Positions 1-13,185 of a DNA stretch of 48,696 nucleotides are shown one piece after another. The notes beneath the pieces are model-generated. The model made no database searches. It had not been told where the DNA came from and worked only from the letters and a program-made list of their open reading frames with translations. The translations under genes and the position numbers were made by a program. Positions within the stretch are counted from its first letter, which is position 1; each line of letters begins with the position of its first letter. The DNA is from Psammoneis japonica. Taxonomy: Eukaryota. Location of the stretch: positions 186,001 through 234,696 of the forward strand of contig QPGO01000098.1 of assembly GCA_008632985.1 (NCBI GenBank), in the 5' to 3' direction.

Positions 1-246
1 AAAATCCATGGATTGCAAAGTTACATTAGGTGCGGTAGATAACGTCACTTGCGGGGTCTTGGAACTCCTCGGGTTGAATGCCTTACCTCTCACGCACGCT
101 CATAAGTAGCTGGATCACATTGATAACTCTACTTCTGGTAGCTAGAGAGCGAGAGTGTGTGCGTGTGTCAAAAGGAAGCGGGCAGTACATATGTAGAAGC
201 AAAAGGGAGTAAATACACCTAGCTGCACTATCTCAAGGCCATTCAG

Positions 247-3200
247 TTAGTAGTACAAGCTTTGGTTCGCCTGCTGCCACGCATTCATGCGACGAGTCGT
301 GGCTGCCGTCGTCGCCGGCTTCTTTCTGTCATCTGCAACCGTATTTGCATTCAAGTACACCCAGCAGTTCCGACACAGCAGATCAAAAGCCAGAGCTAAA
401 ACACCCGCTGTCTTGCTTGCTGGATAGAGCAGAAACACGAGAAAATAAACATGAGTGCACTCGTGAGCAAGTGAGTCATTTCACGGTGACAGGAGAATGG
501 TAATACTTACATTCGACAATTTCAAGAAAAATTAATCGGCTTTCCGGGGAGTTCCACAGGCACTGTGATTGTTTCACTAACGACTCCAGTTCTATGTCAA
601 AACGAGCATTAAGGTCACTGAGCAACTCCTTGGCAGGTCGAGAAGACCCCTCTGTCGACCCTTCAACTGCAGAGAAAGCCCCAGTCAACTCGAAGAACGC
701 CCCTTCCAGAGTGATCAGCCCATTCCGGACGGTGGTGATATCAAAACAGAAGTCTTTCATTGTCGTAATCCACACGTTCCTTGCCCCGCTCTTGCCACCC
801 CAGTTGTTGTCGAAAGTTCGATTCTTGATGCGAGTGTATAGCTCTTGTTCCCGCTTTATCATCAGTCGAGCCAATGCCATTGGTGAATAAGACTGAGCTG
901 CATCCACTGCACGGCCACAGAACCGTCCTAGCGAGTTGCGGTATGCAAGAAAAGCTCCGTCGTCCTCCTTGTATCCCGCAAGTTCCCGTTTCCACTTCAT
1001 TGCGCGACATAAACTCTCAACCAGCTCTATCCCGTTTATAAGGAAGTCTTCCCCGCTGTCGTACAGCACGCGCCACATTGGCACTGGCTCGGAAGGAGTT
1101 TCAGGTCGGTCGGCTGGGGATTCTCGATCATCTTTCTCGTCATCATCCTCGATCTCTATGTGCATCTTCCACCCAACAACGGTTGCCATTATGTAGCTTG
1201 CCAACACTGGTACCTTGTTTGGGTCCAAAATCTCACGTACGCGCACCCTTTTCCCAATCGCGGAAGCAACTCCCTCCAGCAAACTGTGATCAACAACAGG
1301 GGACGGAGGTACAGCAGCTTTTGCAGCTTTTAAGACTTCCTCATCCCCGGTTGTGTGGAACTCCTCCGTGGCCTCGTCGTTGCCTTCTCCCTTCTCATTG
1401 CTTGCAGCTAGACCGCTGTCCTCAAGAGTAGTCTTCAAATTCGTTCGAAGCTCATTCTCTCGTATACCTCTTTTATCCAGGTGCTTCATCATTGCCCGAA
1501 ATGATGTCTCCGTGATATGACCACCCCAAAAACGTTTCGCCAATGCAAGAATCGAACCGGATGAGTGATACTCCTGGCAGTTGAAACGCACGAGCTTCTC
1601 AATTGAGTCGCTCCGCCGGTCTGCGTCACTTTCTATCAACTCATCAGTCTTATCCTCCTCGCATATGCGTATGGCTGTTACATCATGTCGCAGATTAACG
1701 TAATCCGGGCTTGTCAGTGTCCCCTCGGCTTGATCATCGCCATCCTTCAAAATGTAATCGGCTTCAGCCCACACGCGCCCAGTCAAATCACCGCTGAAGT
1801 GCCAAAAACGATTTCGAAAGCGATCTCTCCCCAGCGGTTCTGTGCGTATGAAGCACTTGTTACGCTTCGCCACAAGATCTTTCTGTGCGTCGATTACGCG
1901 TTTCCGGCTCTCTGCCGTTTTTAGCTCCAGCGCAGCATCACGTAGCAAGTCAAGCGCCCACAATCCATCAGTTTCGGGATTAGGACCCGTCAACTTGGCT
2001 TGCTTGGCGGTTCGTATGGCGGCCCGCAATACTTTTAGCGTGCCATCTTCGATTGCTTCTTTCAGGGTCTCAACAGCGTTCTCTCGCATTTCGGGTAAAG
2101 ACGAGGCCAGAGCTTTCGAGTTGTCGATCTCTTTCCGGAGACGATCAATGTGCCGAGATGTTTCTCTATCCATTGGCGGGCTTTCATCGATGTCACCAAA
2201 TGAAGCTAACTCATTTTTCATTGCCTCTAACTCCTGGATGTCGCGACTCTTGATTTCATCCAATGTGAGTACTAGCAGTGAATGAGTGTTGAAAGCAGAC
2301 TCCTCTTGCATCCTCGCGACCATTTTTGTTACCTGTGTCCTATTGAAGCTCTCGGGACCAGGAAGAGCATCATACTCAGACTTGATTTCCTCGTCGAACT
2401 CTGCAATTTCTTCGTCTGTTAAGGCTGCGAGAACTTCAGCAGTGTAGTCGTTCGTCTTGACGTTGGTATTCATGATTTCTTCTCGCTTTTGTTGAATGAA
2501 CTCCGCCTTCGCTTCCGCCGCAAGCTGAGCACGCGCGGCTGTTGCTTCAGCAGCGGCTTCTTCTCTGGCCTCTCGCTTTGCCCGACGCTCTTCCATTTCC
2601 AGCGATTTCAACGCATTAATTCGAGACGTGAAGTTCTCGTTGACGACTTCAAACACTCGATCAGTATCATAAGCAGCTTCGACGAGCAATCGAAAAAGGC
2701 AAAGTCTCTCCACAGAAGAAAGCGCCAGGTATGGCCCACCGGTACACAAATGATTGATGGCCTTCTCCAGAGGACTCGTTTCTCCAAGTTTGGCCACGCA
2801 CTCGGTAAGTATCCTCATGGGCGCTACAGCTTCGCGACGTCGCCTTTCGGCAACGGACATGGGTGGTAGCTCCCTGAATTCACGAATACTATCGTCGACT
2901 TCGTTTCGTCCGCGCTTGTAGCGGTGAAGAACTCGACACGCAGATGCGCCAGCAATGAAAGGCCATGTGAGTGGACTCACAATATCTGAAGACGGTTTTG
3001 GCTTGGATGGAGGCAACAATAAATCAACCACACTTGGCGGAGGGTTCACAGGAATGACCGATCTAACCGGCGTTTTAGAATCGTCTTGAGAATTTGAATC
3101 GGCTTTTGCGACGTTTTCATCGGCTTCATCCGGGTCGTCTTCGTCATCTGAGTCATCAGACTCTTCATCTGATTCTCCTTCGACGTCTTCGGCAGTCACA

Positions 3201-5271
3201 GCTTCAATAGAATCATGCAATTTCTCCATTGCAATCGCCGATTCATCTACTACCTTGGCTCGCTGCTGCAGAACAGTCTCCTTGCTGACGTTTCTTCCAA
3301 ACAAGTCTGGACGAGCATCTCGTACCCGATCCACCAGCCAGAGCACTGCACGCTTGGTAAATCCTGCATTAGTCCCTTTCCCTTTCCGCATCGCAATCTT
3401 GAGGTAGGCCTTGACCCATTTGTTGGAAACGACTGATTGAGCAGTCCTAACAGCGTCTCGTATTTGTTCACCCTCGCTTGACCGTATATTACGCACCGGC
3501 TCAAGAGCTTGCAGCCAACTTGACGTAATCAAAGGATCTTCCTCTGTAGAAAGCAACGCATCCATATCAACGTTGATGACTGGCATATCATTCCCACCCT
3601 TGGCGGGGGCGGCAGCAACATCCACAAAGTCGCCTTCTGTGGCGACGGCTTCGTCGGTCTCCAACGTACTCCACCACCAATCTTCGCTCGCCGGGTCGTT
3701 CAATACTAACCGCAATAGTCCAAGATGAGCTTCGGCCAACAGCACTGGTGGACATAGCTCAGCATCGTTCGAATCATTGCCAGTCCCAGGCATGTACGTC
3801 AACGCCGACACAAAATCGTCCAACGGCATTGGATTCAAACTGAGAGTCCTGCTATACGTACAGAGAAAGTCCCACACCATGAGAACATCGGGTATGCAAT
3901 ATGCTGGAATACCAGGGAATCCGTCAATGTCTGGTATTCTTGCAGCCGCACAGGTCGCTGGGGTAACAACCGCCTTGATGCCCTTTTCAGCCTCCTCTTC
4001 CATGAGAACCTCGTCATCGATGGGATATCGACTCTCTTTGCGTTCTGTCTGAAAGTCATCAAGTGCCTTGGTTGCTCTTACATGTGCCTTTTTGAGCCTT
4101 TCCAACTCTCGTCTTAGCTTCCGCTTTTCGTTTCCACTTCCCGTTTTGTCATTTGCTTGCTTGATTTCTTCTTTTTCTTTTTTCTTCTTGGCGGGTGCAG
4201 ACTTTTTGATTTCAGAAACGAGACCCAAGAAGCGAGCCACGTCCACCTTGTTGGGGAATCGCTTGCCTTCCGAGTTGAAAAATGTGTTATCGTATTTGCC
4301 ATTGGCCCGTTTCGTCGCCTTGCATCGGAAGCTTGAGACTTGATTGCGATCACCTGTGTTCGAACAAAGCAAGAATTAGAGTAGTTGAGCTAGACGACAA
4401 AACAAATGCAGAAAACAGGAATACATAGTCACCGCTAAGTTCTTACCACCATGTTCCTCAATATAATTACCTAGCGTTTCCAGTCCCCTTTCCTCTCGTT
4501 CACTGATGGTTAACGGCTTTTCGTTTTTTGGCTCGGTGAAACGCTTTTTTCGTGGACCCGCACCATTGCTCTGTTCCGCCGGTCGTTTCTTGCCATGATG
4601 ATGATGATGAGCCGATGGCGGTGAATAGTCGGACGCTATCTTTACCAGACCCGGATTGACCTTTTCTAACCATTGTAGTACTTGCTTCAACTGATCCTTT
4701 GCAATCTTGGCTCGCTTGCCCTTTCTGTAAGAGAGAAAAACGAGAAAAAAATGAGGAAAAGAAATGATTGGATTTGGACCCGTAAGAATTAGAACGACAT
4801 AAACCAATTAGATACTGCGCTCCTGCTATTCACCGCAGCGTCACTGAACAACAGGGATAAGGTAAAGGCTTTACGCAAACGACGGCATCACCAGTCTCAC
4901 TCTTCTCACAAAGTAAGGCGCCAATCGACGCGATTGATACCGCTTCCAAACCAGAGATCAAAACACACTCCAAGCATACTGTTCTAAATTCTCGACACAT
5001 ATCACATTTTTCACGTTACTTACTTGAGTATGTGACGATTATAAACTCCACCTATATCTCTTGAAAAGTGCTCCCACCCAGCTCGATCAAACGTGTACAC
5101 TCCCTCATCCAAGTGCTGCCCAATGCTTCGCAGATCATAAACAGCCTTGTTTGTGGACTCGTGATGCGACTCTTGAAAGAGCTCTCCCAACGCCCAAGCC
5201 TTGGAGAGTATTTTTGTCATTTTCTTTTGATGCTTGCGCTTACGCGCTTCCTTGTCGTTGTTGTCTGCCAT
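247..5271 (-). CDS. ISWI-associated BAZ/ACF1-like chromatin protein: bromodomain-like N-terminus, MBD-like, DDT, WHIM1, WHIM2/WSD, WHIM3. Predicted join complement(247..419,511..4353,4447..4724,5024..5271), ~1513 aa
   Basis: Motifs: FFNSEGKRFPNKVDVARFL (MBD-like), VLMVWDFLCTYSRTLSL (DDT), YLALSSVERLCLFRLLVE (WHIM1), IRTEPLGRDRFRNRFWHF (WSD), LDKRGIRENELR (WHIM3), DLRSIGQHLDEGVY..FSRDI (bromo-like). Three GT(AAG)..CAG introns give phase-consistent joins of ORFs 5020..5289, 4376..4807, 476..4372 and 247..438. Confidence 0.85.
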
Positions 5272-6287
5272 GGTGAATATGGTAGACACAACACAAGAGG
5301 TAGCGTTGGTGATGAAGTGGACGATGCAGCAGCATAAAAAATCGTAGAGACCAGTACAAATTCTACAGAGGATGACTGACGAAAATTTGAGGAAGTGCTA
5401 TGTACGGATTCTTACGCTACACTCTAACGGGATCTCAGCCCAAAGCAGCATGAAACAACGTCGCCAAAGACCTCATTGAGGCACCAAGAAACTCGACAGC
5501 TACGCTAGATCTGCTTCAGACCTCCTAAACGTTCATTTTCTCAAATGTGAGCAAGTCAACCTCATGTCATTTCAAAAGCCTACAGCGGAGATCGAGCTAT
5601 CCGCCGGTGGATTGTCATGTTCAATATACTGAATAGTAAGCATACACACGGCAACGGCTGTACGCGCCTTCTGAGGCCTCGAATCCAACCCGCGAAACAC
5701 CTGTATGGTATGTGTCGCCTTCCTGGAGGCAAATCTCATCGCACAACTCAACCGCGCTAGCAAAAACGCCTTGGAAGACCATAAAACATCCTCTCAAAGA
5801 GGCGGTACGGGAGGCCACTACGAGTGGCAGTATCAACTTCACAACATCCACTCAAATCAAAGGCGCAAAATGCCTCTGCAACGAGGCGCCAAAGAGTCAC
5901 ATGCAACAAACGGCAACCTCTCGACAACAAACACAACAACGACTTACGCGGTGTATGTACAAAGGCCGTAAAGAGGGAGAAACTCTTGGAGGACATCCAT
6001 TCCGTAGCACCACACCTCGCACAGAAACAATGAATAAAACTCAATCTTGAGGAACAACGACAGCAACTGCCTGGTTTGGCTGCCATTGCCTTCAAAGCTC
6101 GAAGAGACGAGATGAGAATCAGAAGAGCAATAGGAGCATGATGTGTTCCTTCGTTTCAGCCATACCTCGTTGTCTGGCGGTCACTGTTCACTCGAGATTC
6201 AGCTCGATTCTGGGGACAGTCGCCAAAAGCTCAAATGAGTGCCGATCAACAGCACCGTGCTATTGGAGGCGATTCCAAAAGAGGCCG

Positions 6288-6844
6288 TCAGGCAGATGAG
6301 CTCTTGTTAGGGAGGGTCTTAGGCGTTTCTTTGATAGAGGGAGTCCCCGAAAATAACTTAAGTCGCTCTAAAAGGAACCTGACGAGCAAAATTGCCCCGG
6401 TACGCACCGAGAACCAACCATCCTCTCCTTCATACCATGCTACCCGCAGAAAAGCAACAAAGAAGCGTGTAGCAGGAAGTTTTACCGCACATGCTCCCAG
6501 CAACACCGCTGAAAACGCATAAACAAACTCTTGATCGGCATCTAATAGGGGCGAGATGGATCCCTTCATCACGAGTCCCACTGTGAGGCCTGCCAAGGAT
6601 TCATAAAACTTCCATACGCCTCTTCCACACAAACTGCAACCGAAAACAACGAATCATTTCGAAACAAGTAGCCTCGGAAATACGTAGAAAGCTCCTTCCA
6701 CTCCCTTACAAACGGTATTTGTAGGGTCGTTATTCCATTGACGATCGCTCTGCGATATTCAGAGGTAACTATGGAGTGCGGGTGGCAAAAAAAAATAGAC
6801 AACTGCAAGGGCAAACGAGCCTTCTTCCGCTCAGTTCGAGCCAC
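6288..6844 (-). CDS. Possible small membrane protein, fragmented or frameshifted; structure uncertain
   Basis: Overlapping ORFs 6569..6844 and 6288..6632 read as protein-like with hydrophobic segments. No recognisable family. Confidence 0.2.
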
Positions 6845-7497
6845 AGAAGAACCCGGAAATCAAGCGCAACGTAGGAATCAGTACTGCACGGCACCACGAA
6901 CACACCACATCCTACACCGCTCCATTTGGCATTCGCTTCGCCTTTGCTTATGCCTAACGTCGACAACGTCATTAAGGCATGATGGTTGGGCATACGGATC
7001 AGCAGCGTGGCGGCAATGCGGGGAGCCGCAAGACCATGGCGTCGACAATAACGCGCGCACACGCACCGCATCGCAGAACTTTTTGGGCGGGCAATGCAAA
7101 TGCTGGAGCAGCCGCTACTATCGCAGCCATCCATTCCTGGTACAAATCTAAGTAGAAAGCTACATACGATATTTTTACAGAAGATAGTAGGGACTAGACG
7201 CGGGGTCGCGTTTTGTGGACAATCCCAACCGTGATCACGATTGAAACACGTGAGCACGATTGAAACGTCGTCCAAAATCAGGTCCGCGTGGCAAGTGCCA
7301 CGTCGGTCGTTCAGATCATCAGAAACACATCCCGACAATAGCATCATCGTTTCTCCCTCCTATCCTGGCTCCCCAGCCGTTCTCACTTTTTTCCAAATCT
7401 CTCCTCATATTTCTCTGTCTTACAACGACAGCAAGGAGCAAGAAAAACGACCAAGATCGCCACTTTCTTCCGTTGATTGCTAAACAGGATCAAGAAA

Positions 7498-7716
7498 ATG
7501 ACATTGGTTGCATCCGTTTCCAACAAGGCTCCTCATTTGTTCGTCGCCGGCACTGGACTTGCATACGCTGGGGTCGTGTACTTCACGTCCAACTCCGCCA
7601 AGAAACCGTCCGACAACAAGACGGCTCTCTTTGATAAGAAACGCACGGAACTCGTTGATAACATGAATCTGGCGAGACGTTACACCGTCCCAGTTAGGAG
7701 CACCGGTCCGCGTTAA
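7498..7716 (+). CDS. Small single-TM hypothetical protein (72 aa)
   Basis: ATG at 7498 follows a pyrimidine tract and ctaaacag acceptor-like site. One hydrophobic helix (LFVAGTGLAYAGVVYF) is followed by a basic tail. Confidence 0.45.
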   Translation: MTLVASVSNKAPHLFVAGTGLAYAGVVYFTSNSAKKPSDNKTALFDKKRTELVDNMNLARRYTVPVRSTGPR

Positions 7717-7957
7717 GATGGAGGGTTTTAATTTCGATCTGAAAGAACAAGGACAATTCATTGCGTGGAAGCGCCCCCAATCATCGACAGAGGCACAGCA
7801 GTATGGCAAGTCTCGCATTTTAAATCATTCACACAATTTTAGAAGTGGTCATCATAAACAGTCTTTTCCCTACACTATGATCAGGTCTTTGTATTTCACG
7901 TACAACCTTTGAATGCCAATTCGGAGGAGCGAGGGCTTGCAAATTCCATCAATCTTT

Positions 7958-9284
7958 CTACCACCTCCGCGGCCTGCAAGTTGTGACGGCCCCTGCAGTG
8001 AAACCGGACTTGGACGACAAGCCCAGGAAAATATCGCCAGTGGTTTCGTTGTAGGCAAACTTTGCTTGCACTCCAAATGTCACTTCGAGATCTGCAAAGG
8101 ATGACGCCGCGGCCCTTGAAAAGGCATCGGCGACCGCGCCTGAAGATGCTATTGCGTGTGAGTGTGCATCCTTGCAAAGGTCACGCGAATCCCAGGAGCA
8201 GAGCTTGGGATGATTCCTACTGCAATACCAATCGTGCCACTCCATGCAGCTGTTTAGCCAAGCTTTACCAATCGCAACGGTGGTCACATTGGCATAAGCA
8301 TCTTTAATACTAGTACTTCTGGGTCGAGTGAAGCTTGATGCCCCTTGAATCACCACGGCTTTGACGCTCTTGATACTCCTGCCCTTGGCTTCGACGCCTA
8401 AAGGAGGATACCTGCTCTCAAGTGCCCTGGAAAAGCTGGAAGCTGTGGTAACAGCGTCAGCAGTGCCGTATGCATCCACTTCTTCACCATCAGAACAAAT
8501 AACCTTGCGGTGCGGATGTCTGCGACTCATTCTCTTGCAAATCTTCTTTGGATCCGTCGAAGCACCAGCTTCCCCTTCTAAATAGGCGGCAGCTTTCGCG
8601 GAAGATCGGCTGTATGCTACAGACAGCTGACACTGTTGCAGACGCTCTCTGAAGTCAACGCGAGGGATTGGCCCGATCCGTCCTCTTTGTCTGATGGAAA
8701 GCTCGACTTCCGCATCAAGAAGGGCGCTCATTCTTGATGCGGCCCGAGCCGTAGACCAACAGGTGCTTCCAGCTGCAGCAAAAGCCATTGACGCATTTTC
8801 CGAATTGTTTTTATACAAATCCGCAATCTCGAAATTCTCAGAGAGGTACGCATTGCAAAACTCCATAGCATTGAAGCACATGTCTTGCTGCCGCAGCCAA
8901 TACCAGGTGCGAAATTTTAGCGTGTAGGCGATGATGCCTCGCGGGCCGGGTACGGCGGTGACTCCTGGTGGCAATGGCAGTCGCGCGTTTCTAGGCCTAG
9001 TACGACGTAAAGAGCGGTGGTTGTTATCTTCCTCCTCGAGAACGAAAACGCCACTTTGCTCTTCTTCGACTCCAGTTGGGTTGTCAAGCCGCACCTGACA
9101 GATAAGCAAGAAGAAATAGTGAAGTCATGAAATGCCGATGATGAACATGCATCAAGATCTAAGAATGGATTCTAATTCCACTCCACAAAAAAGCAGCACG
9201 TACCGAAGCGTTACTGTCTTCCGAGCCCGCTGTTACGATGATGTCGCAAATTGCCAAAAGGAAAGAAAGGGTTCTGACTCGCAT
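7958..9284 (-). CDS. Secreted Ala/Ser/Cys-rich protein of unknown function, paralog A; join complement(7958..9094,9204..9284)
   Basis: An 81-nt signal-peptide exon (MRVRTLSFLLAICDIIVTAGSEDSNAS), a GTACGT..CAG intron and a long exon. Clearly homologous to 24622..25907 with the same intron position. Confidence 0.8.
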
Positions 9285-9991
9285 GGTTCTCTCTTTTGAA
9301 GGAAAACGTTTTGGTTGCTTGTCTCGCTGCAGTAGTATGGTGGATAGAATTTGCTCTTCATTTTTTGAGGGAAACGAGAGCGAGGACAAAGCGCTATTGC
9401 GCCACAAGCAAGCATTCGCGGTTATTCTCCAGGTTTTCTTGTTATATGATCCAAAACACTTAAGGAAATTGATAATGTCCATGGTCATCTGCCTATTTTT
9501 CAAATAATGCATGTGTATTATATGTTGTATGTACGGTACAGTATTTCTGTATTGTTGCGGTGGAAATGACTTAAGCAGGGCCGTTCATCATAATCATCTT
9601 GTATCAAGGTCATCGTCATTTCTATCTTCGGGTCATTGTGAACCACACCAGCATGCACGCCGAGTGGCGGGATGGGATGATGACTGAAGCAGCTGTGCGT
9701 TCGCGCCGCAAAACACTGCACGATGACGAAAGCCTTAACGACAACGCCGACGGGGTTTACTCCCCCGTCAAGCAGCGCCTCGCTACACCTTCCGAAATGG
9801 GCTCCCAACCCTCCATTGCACAATGGCCCATTTTCTTTGCGATGCATCCTTTGCGTTGTTTTGGTTTTCACCATTTTCCTCATCATCCCCAACCTCAGCA
9901 CAGCTTCGTTGACCCTCTCTTCCTCATCCTCTCCACCTTTAAGTGCCAACCCTTTGCTTTCCTTCCTTTCTTCAACTGACTTTGAACAATG

Positions 9992-10125
9992 ACACAGCCC
10001 CACACCACCCCTTCCTGTCACCTCCAACAGCCCCGCCTCCCGAATTTCTCCGCCCCGCCATCAACACAGCCCCGCACCACCCCTTCCTGACACCTCCAAC
10101 AGCCCCGCCTCCCGAATTTCTCCAT
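9992..10125 (+). repeat. 72-bp tandem duplication
   Basis: acacagcccc(a/g)caccaccccttcctg..cacctccaacagccccgcctcccgaatttctcc occurs at ~9992 and ~10064. Confidence 0.8.
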
Positions 10126-12339
10126 CCCGTCTCCACCTCAACCATGCCAATGCCATCAGCAATTGCACTGGTTGCCAACTGTGTTGCTCTGCTGGATTGA
10201 AAGCCAGCAGTTTTCCCAAAACACACTCTTTGACCAGGCACCTGCTAGCTCTCTCTGCTGTTTGTTGCTTCGGCATGGACGAGTCATTCCTGGACCCGGG
10301 GTCATTTGATGACCTTTCTGATTGCTCCTCCAAACACAACCCTTCTGATGACTCCTGTGAGAGTGACCCTTCTGATGTTGATCAATCCAACGATCACAAC
10401 TGGACCACCACCCGCGTGGTTTCCTTCCTTCTTTCCCCTCGGTTTGTCCCACGAATGACAATGCCACCGCATGCTTCAATGCTCCAACAACCTTTGACTC
10501 CCAAAGTTGGTGTCAACAAGACTTCCCAAATCTCATCTCTCATCATCCCCTGCATTGGTCTTACTCCGATTTGGACTCACCAGACCTGACTTGGCATGAC
10601 ACCATTCTCCCACCGATCACCTTCCGCCCAAGTCCTCCACCTGCTCCCCATCTTCCTTCATTTGCAATCCTTCCTCTGCCACCCCATTTTGCCCATTTTC
10701 TCTTTGATCCTTTGGCTGCTCAATCCCCAAGCTTCCATCCTTTTGTTGCCCTCCTTGAGTCTGCCACTTTCTCCACCAACTTGGCATTGCCTCCAACCCA
10801 CCCTTTTTTCCTTTCCTTGCGATCGCCTGCGCCGTGGCCCCCGCATTTTCACACCATCACCAGACCCTGCCCTCCTCCTTCACAAGTGCTTCTGCGATGA
10901 GACAGCCTGTGGTGAACCTCCCCCCTCTTTCATCTGCCGAGTTCCCACATCCCTTCTTCACTTTGTTGGCAACTTTCTTCTCCACATCGACAACTGCCTT
11001 GACAACTCTTTGACTGGCATCCGCACTCTCGGTCAACCCTTTTTTTCTCCATCTCCGAGCGCACTCCACGCAACTCTCCCACCACCTGTTTCTCCAAACC
11101 AATCCCCTCCAACACCACAGACACCCCAATCACCAATGAAAACAGCACCTTGAGTCTGAAGCCCCCAAATGCAGGAAAGCCAATTTCAGGCAACAACTGA
11201 ACTCATCATTCCAGCTAAAGCAAACAAATGTCAAAACATCAATGTGGAGAGAACAAGATGACCTCCAGAAATTCCAGGGCAGCCCAGCAACAGTCAAGAA
11301 AATGCAAGCTCCAGCCACCCACCTGACAACCCCTGTGCACCAAATCTGTGGCTGTGGATGCAAAAAAGAGAAACAAGTGACAACTTTTAAGTCTGTGCAT
11401 CATGGGCAGACTTGGACATTGTGTTTTGGCATGAGTGTGCAGGCCCTCCACTTCTTCATGCTGTCGTGTGTTGTTGCGTGGCTGTGCAACAAGCCAGTTG
11501 TGGTGTCATGAGACAAAGGCAGCCCAGAAAACCCAGCAACCTGGCAAAAACATCTTGTGCAAAATTTGCACTGAAAGAGTCTGTCAATCAGAGCATGGCT
11601 TCAATCAGAGCATGACTTGGGGGTTGTGGCATCATTTTTTGGCACGGAAGTTGTGCCAGCAAAAACTGCAAACATGCTGACAGACAGACTCTTTGGCCAG
11701 CTTTGCAGATTGAAAAAACAACAATGAGACAAGCAACACAATGCAGAAAAGCACTCTGGGGAGTGAGTGTGGCTCATCATGGACAAGTGCCAAATGAGCA
11801 AGCAAAGCCTCCTCTGGTGGATGCTTTCAAGGGACAATGTTGTCAAAAAAGCTGGTCTGTGTGGTTGTTGTGTCAACACGACCAGCCAATGTTTCAGCCA
11901 CAAGCGCAGCAGCTCTCTCTGGAACAAGGAGAAAATGAAAGTTTTTCTGCAACCCCCCAGTCAAGGCTGCAATCCCAATGATGACCTCACCAAGCTTGCA
12001 GTGAAAGATGGGGAGGGCATTTGTTGCCAAAAAGTTGCCCATGTGTGCAGGCTTGGATGTGGAAAAAAGGGCTCATTTGACCCATCTGGAAAGGGTGGGA
12101 GTCATGTCACAGAGGAAGCAGCGCACCTTTTGCCAGTCAGTCATCACATGAGTTTGACAAAAACAAGCATCATCTTTGACATGTTGCCAACAGAATTGCT
12201 CCACAGTTTCTGCAATGACCAGCTTGCATCACTTTGATTTGGGGCTGCAGCACCCACATCAAGCACCTGCCATCAAATGTTGTGAGGACATTTGACTGAG
12301 TTTGTGGCAAGGATTGTTGGCATTTGCAAGCAATCTCAT

Positions 12340-13185
12340 GGATGTTTGCTTTGTTGTTGGACTCAAGCAGCACTCAGGCCCTGGCTGCATGTGTGAAAAC
12401 TGCTGTGGATGCCAGTCAAAGAGTCATCAATTGTTGGCAATGCACAGCACAGATCTGAGTGTGCTGTGGTGGCCACCAAGTGCTGCACACATTTGCTGTT
12501 GAGCCCAAGTGGCGCACCCTTTGAGAACACAAAACATGGGCAAAATCTCATCAGATGAGTTGGCTTGTGTTTGTTCAGTCTGCAATCCCATGGTGCATGC
12601 AACACAACATGTTTTGTGTGGTTTTGGCAACCACTCTGCAGGCACACCTGCACACTTGTCACCCACAAAACAAAGTGTGCATGCACCACTTTGAATCTCT
12701 GTGTGACAAATCTCCCATGACTGGCTTTCAGATGAAAATGTTTGTTGTGTTTTGCAAACCAACCATGCTGGCTTTGTTGCTGGACTCTCAAGCAGCACAC
12801 AGGCCATGGCTGCATGTGCTGACACTCCTGCTGTGAATGTCAGACAAAGAGCTGTTGATTGTCAACCATGCACTGCACAAATCTGAAGGCTGTGGCCACC
12901 AAGCACTGCTGCAACACAAGATCTTTTCCAGCACCAGGTGACATGCTCAACCACACATTTGATTTTGAGCCCAAAAGTGACACACTCTTTGACACAACAC
13001 AGAACATGGGCAAAAACTCATCAGATGAGTCAGTGTGCAATCACATGGTGCATGCAACATGACATGTTTTGTGTGGTGTTGGCAACAACTCTGCAGACAC
13101 ACCTGCACACTTGTCACTCACAAACAAAGTGTGCACGCATCACTTTGAATCCCTGTGTGACAAATCTTCCATGGCTGGCTTTAAG
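12340..13185 (+). repeat. Diverged ~430-470-bp tandem duplication
   Basis: Shared blocks such as aacatgggcaaaa.ctcatcagatgagt (~12533/~13003) and catgttttgtgtgg..ggcaac.actctgcag.cacacctgcacacttgtcac (~12608/~13063). Confidence 0.8.

Noticed and set aside
5572..6095. Cluster of overlapping 60-110-aa ORFs
   Set aside because: No recognisable domain or consistent splice model, so a real frame cannot be chosen.
9599..9979. Possible LTR start (TGT..) or gag-like ORF at the left edge of the hypermutated block
   Set aside because: No matching second LTR, PBS or TSD could be identified.
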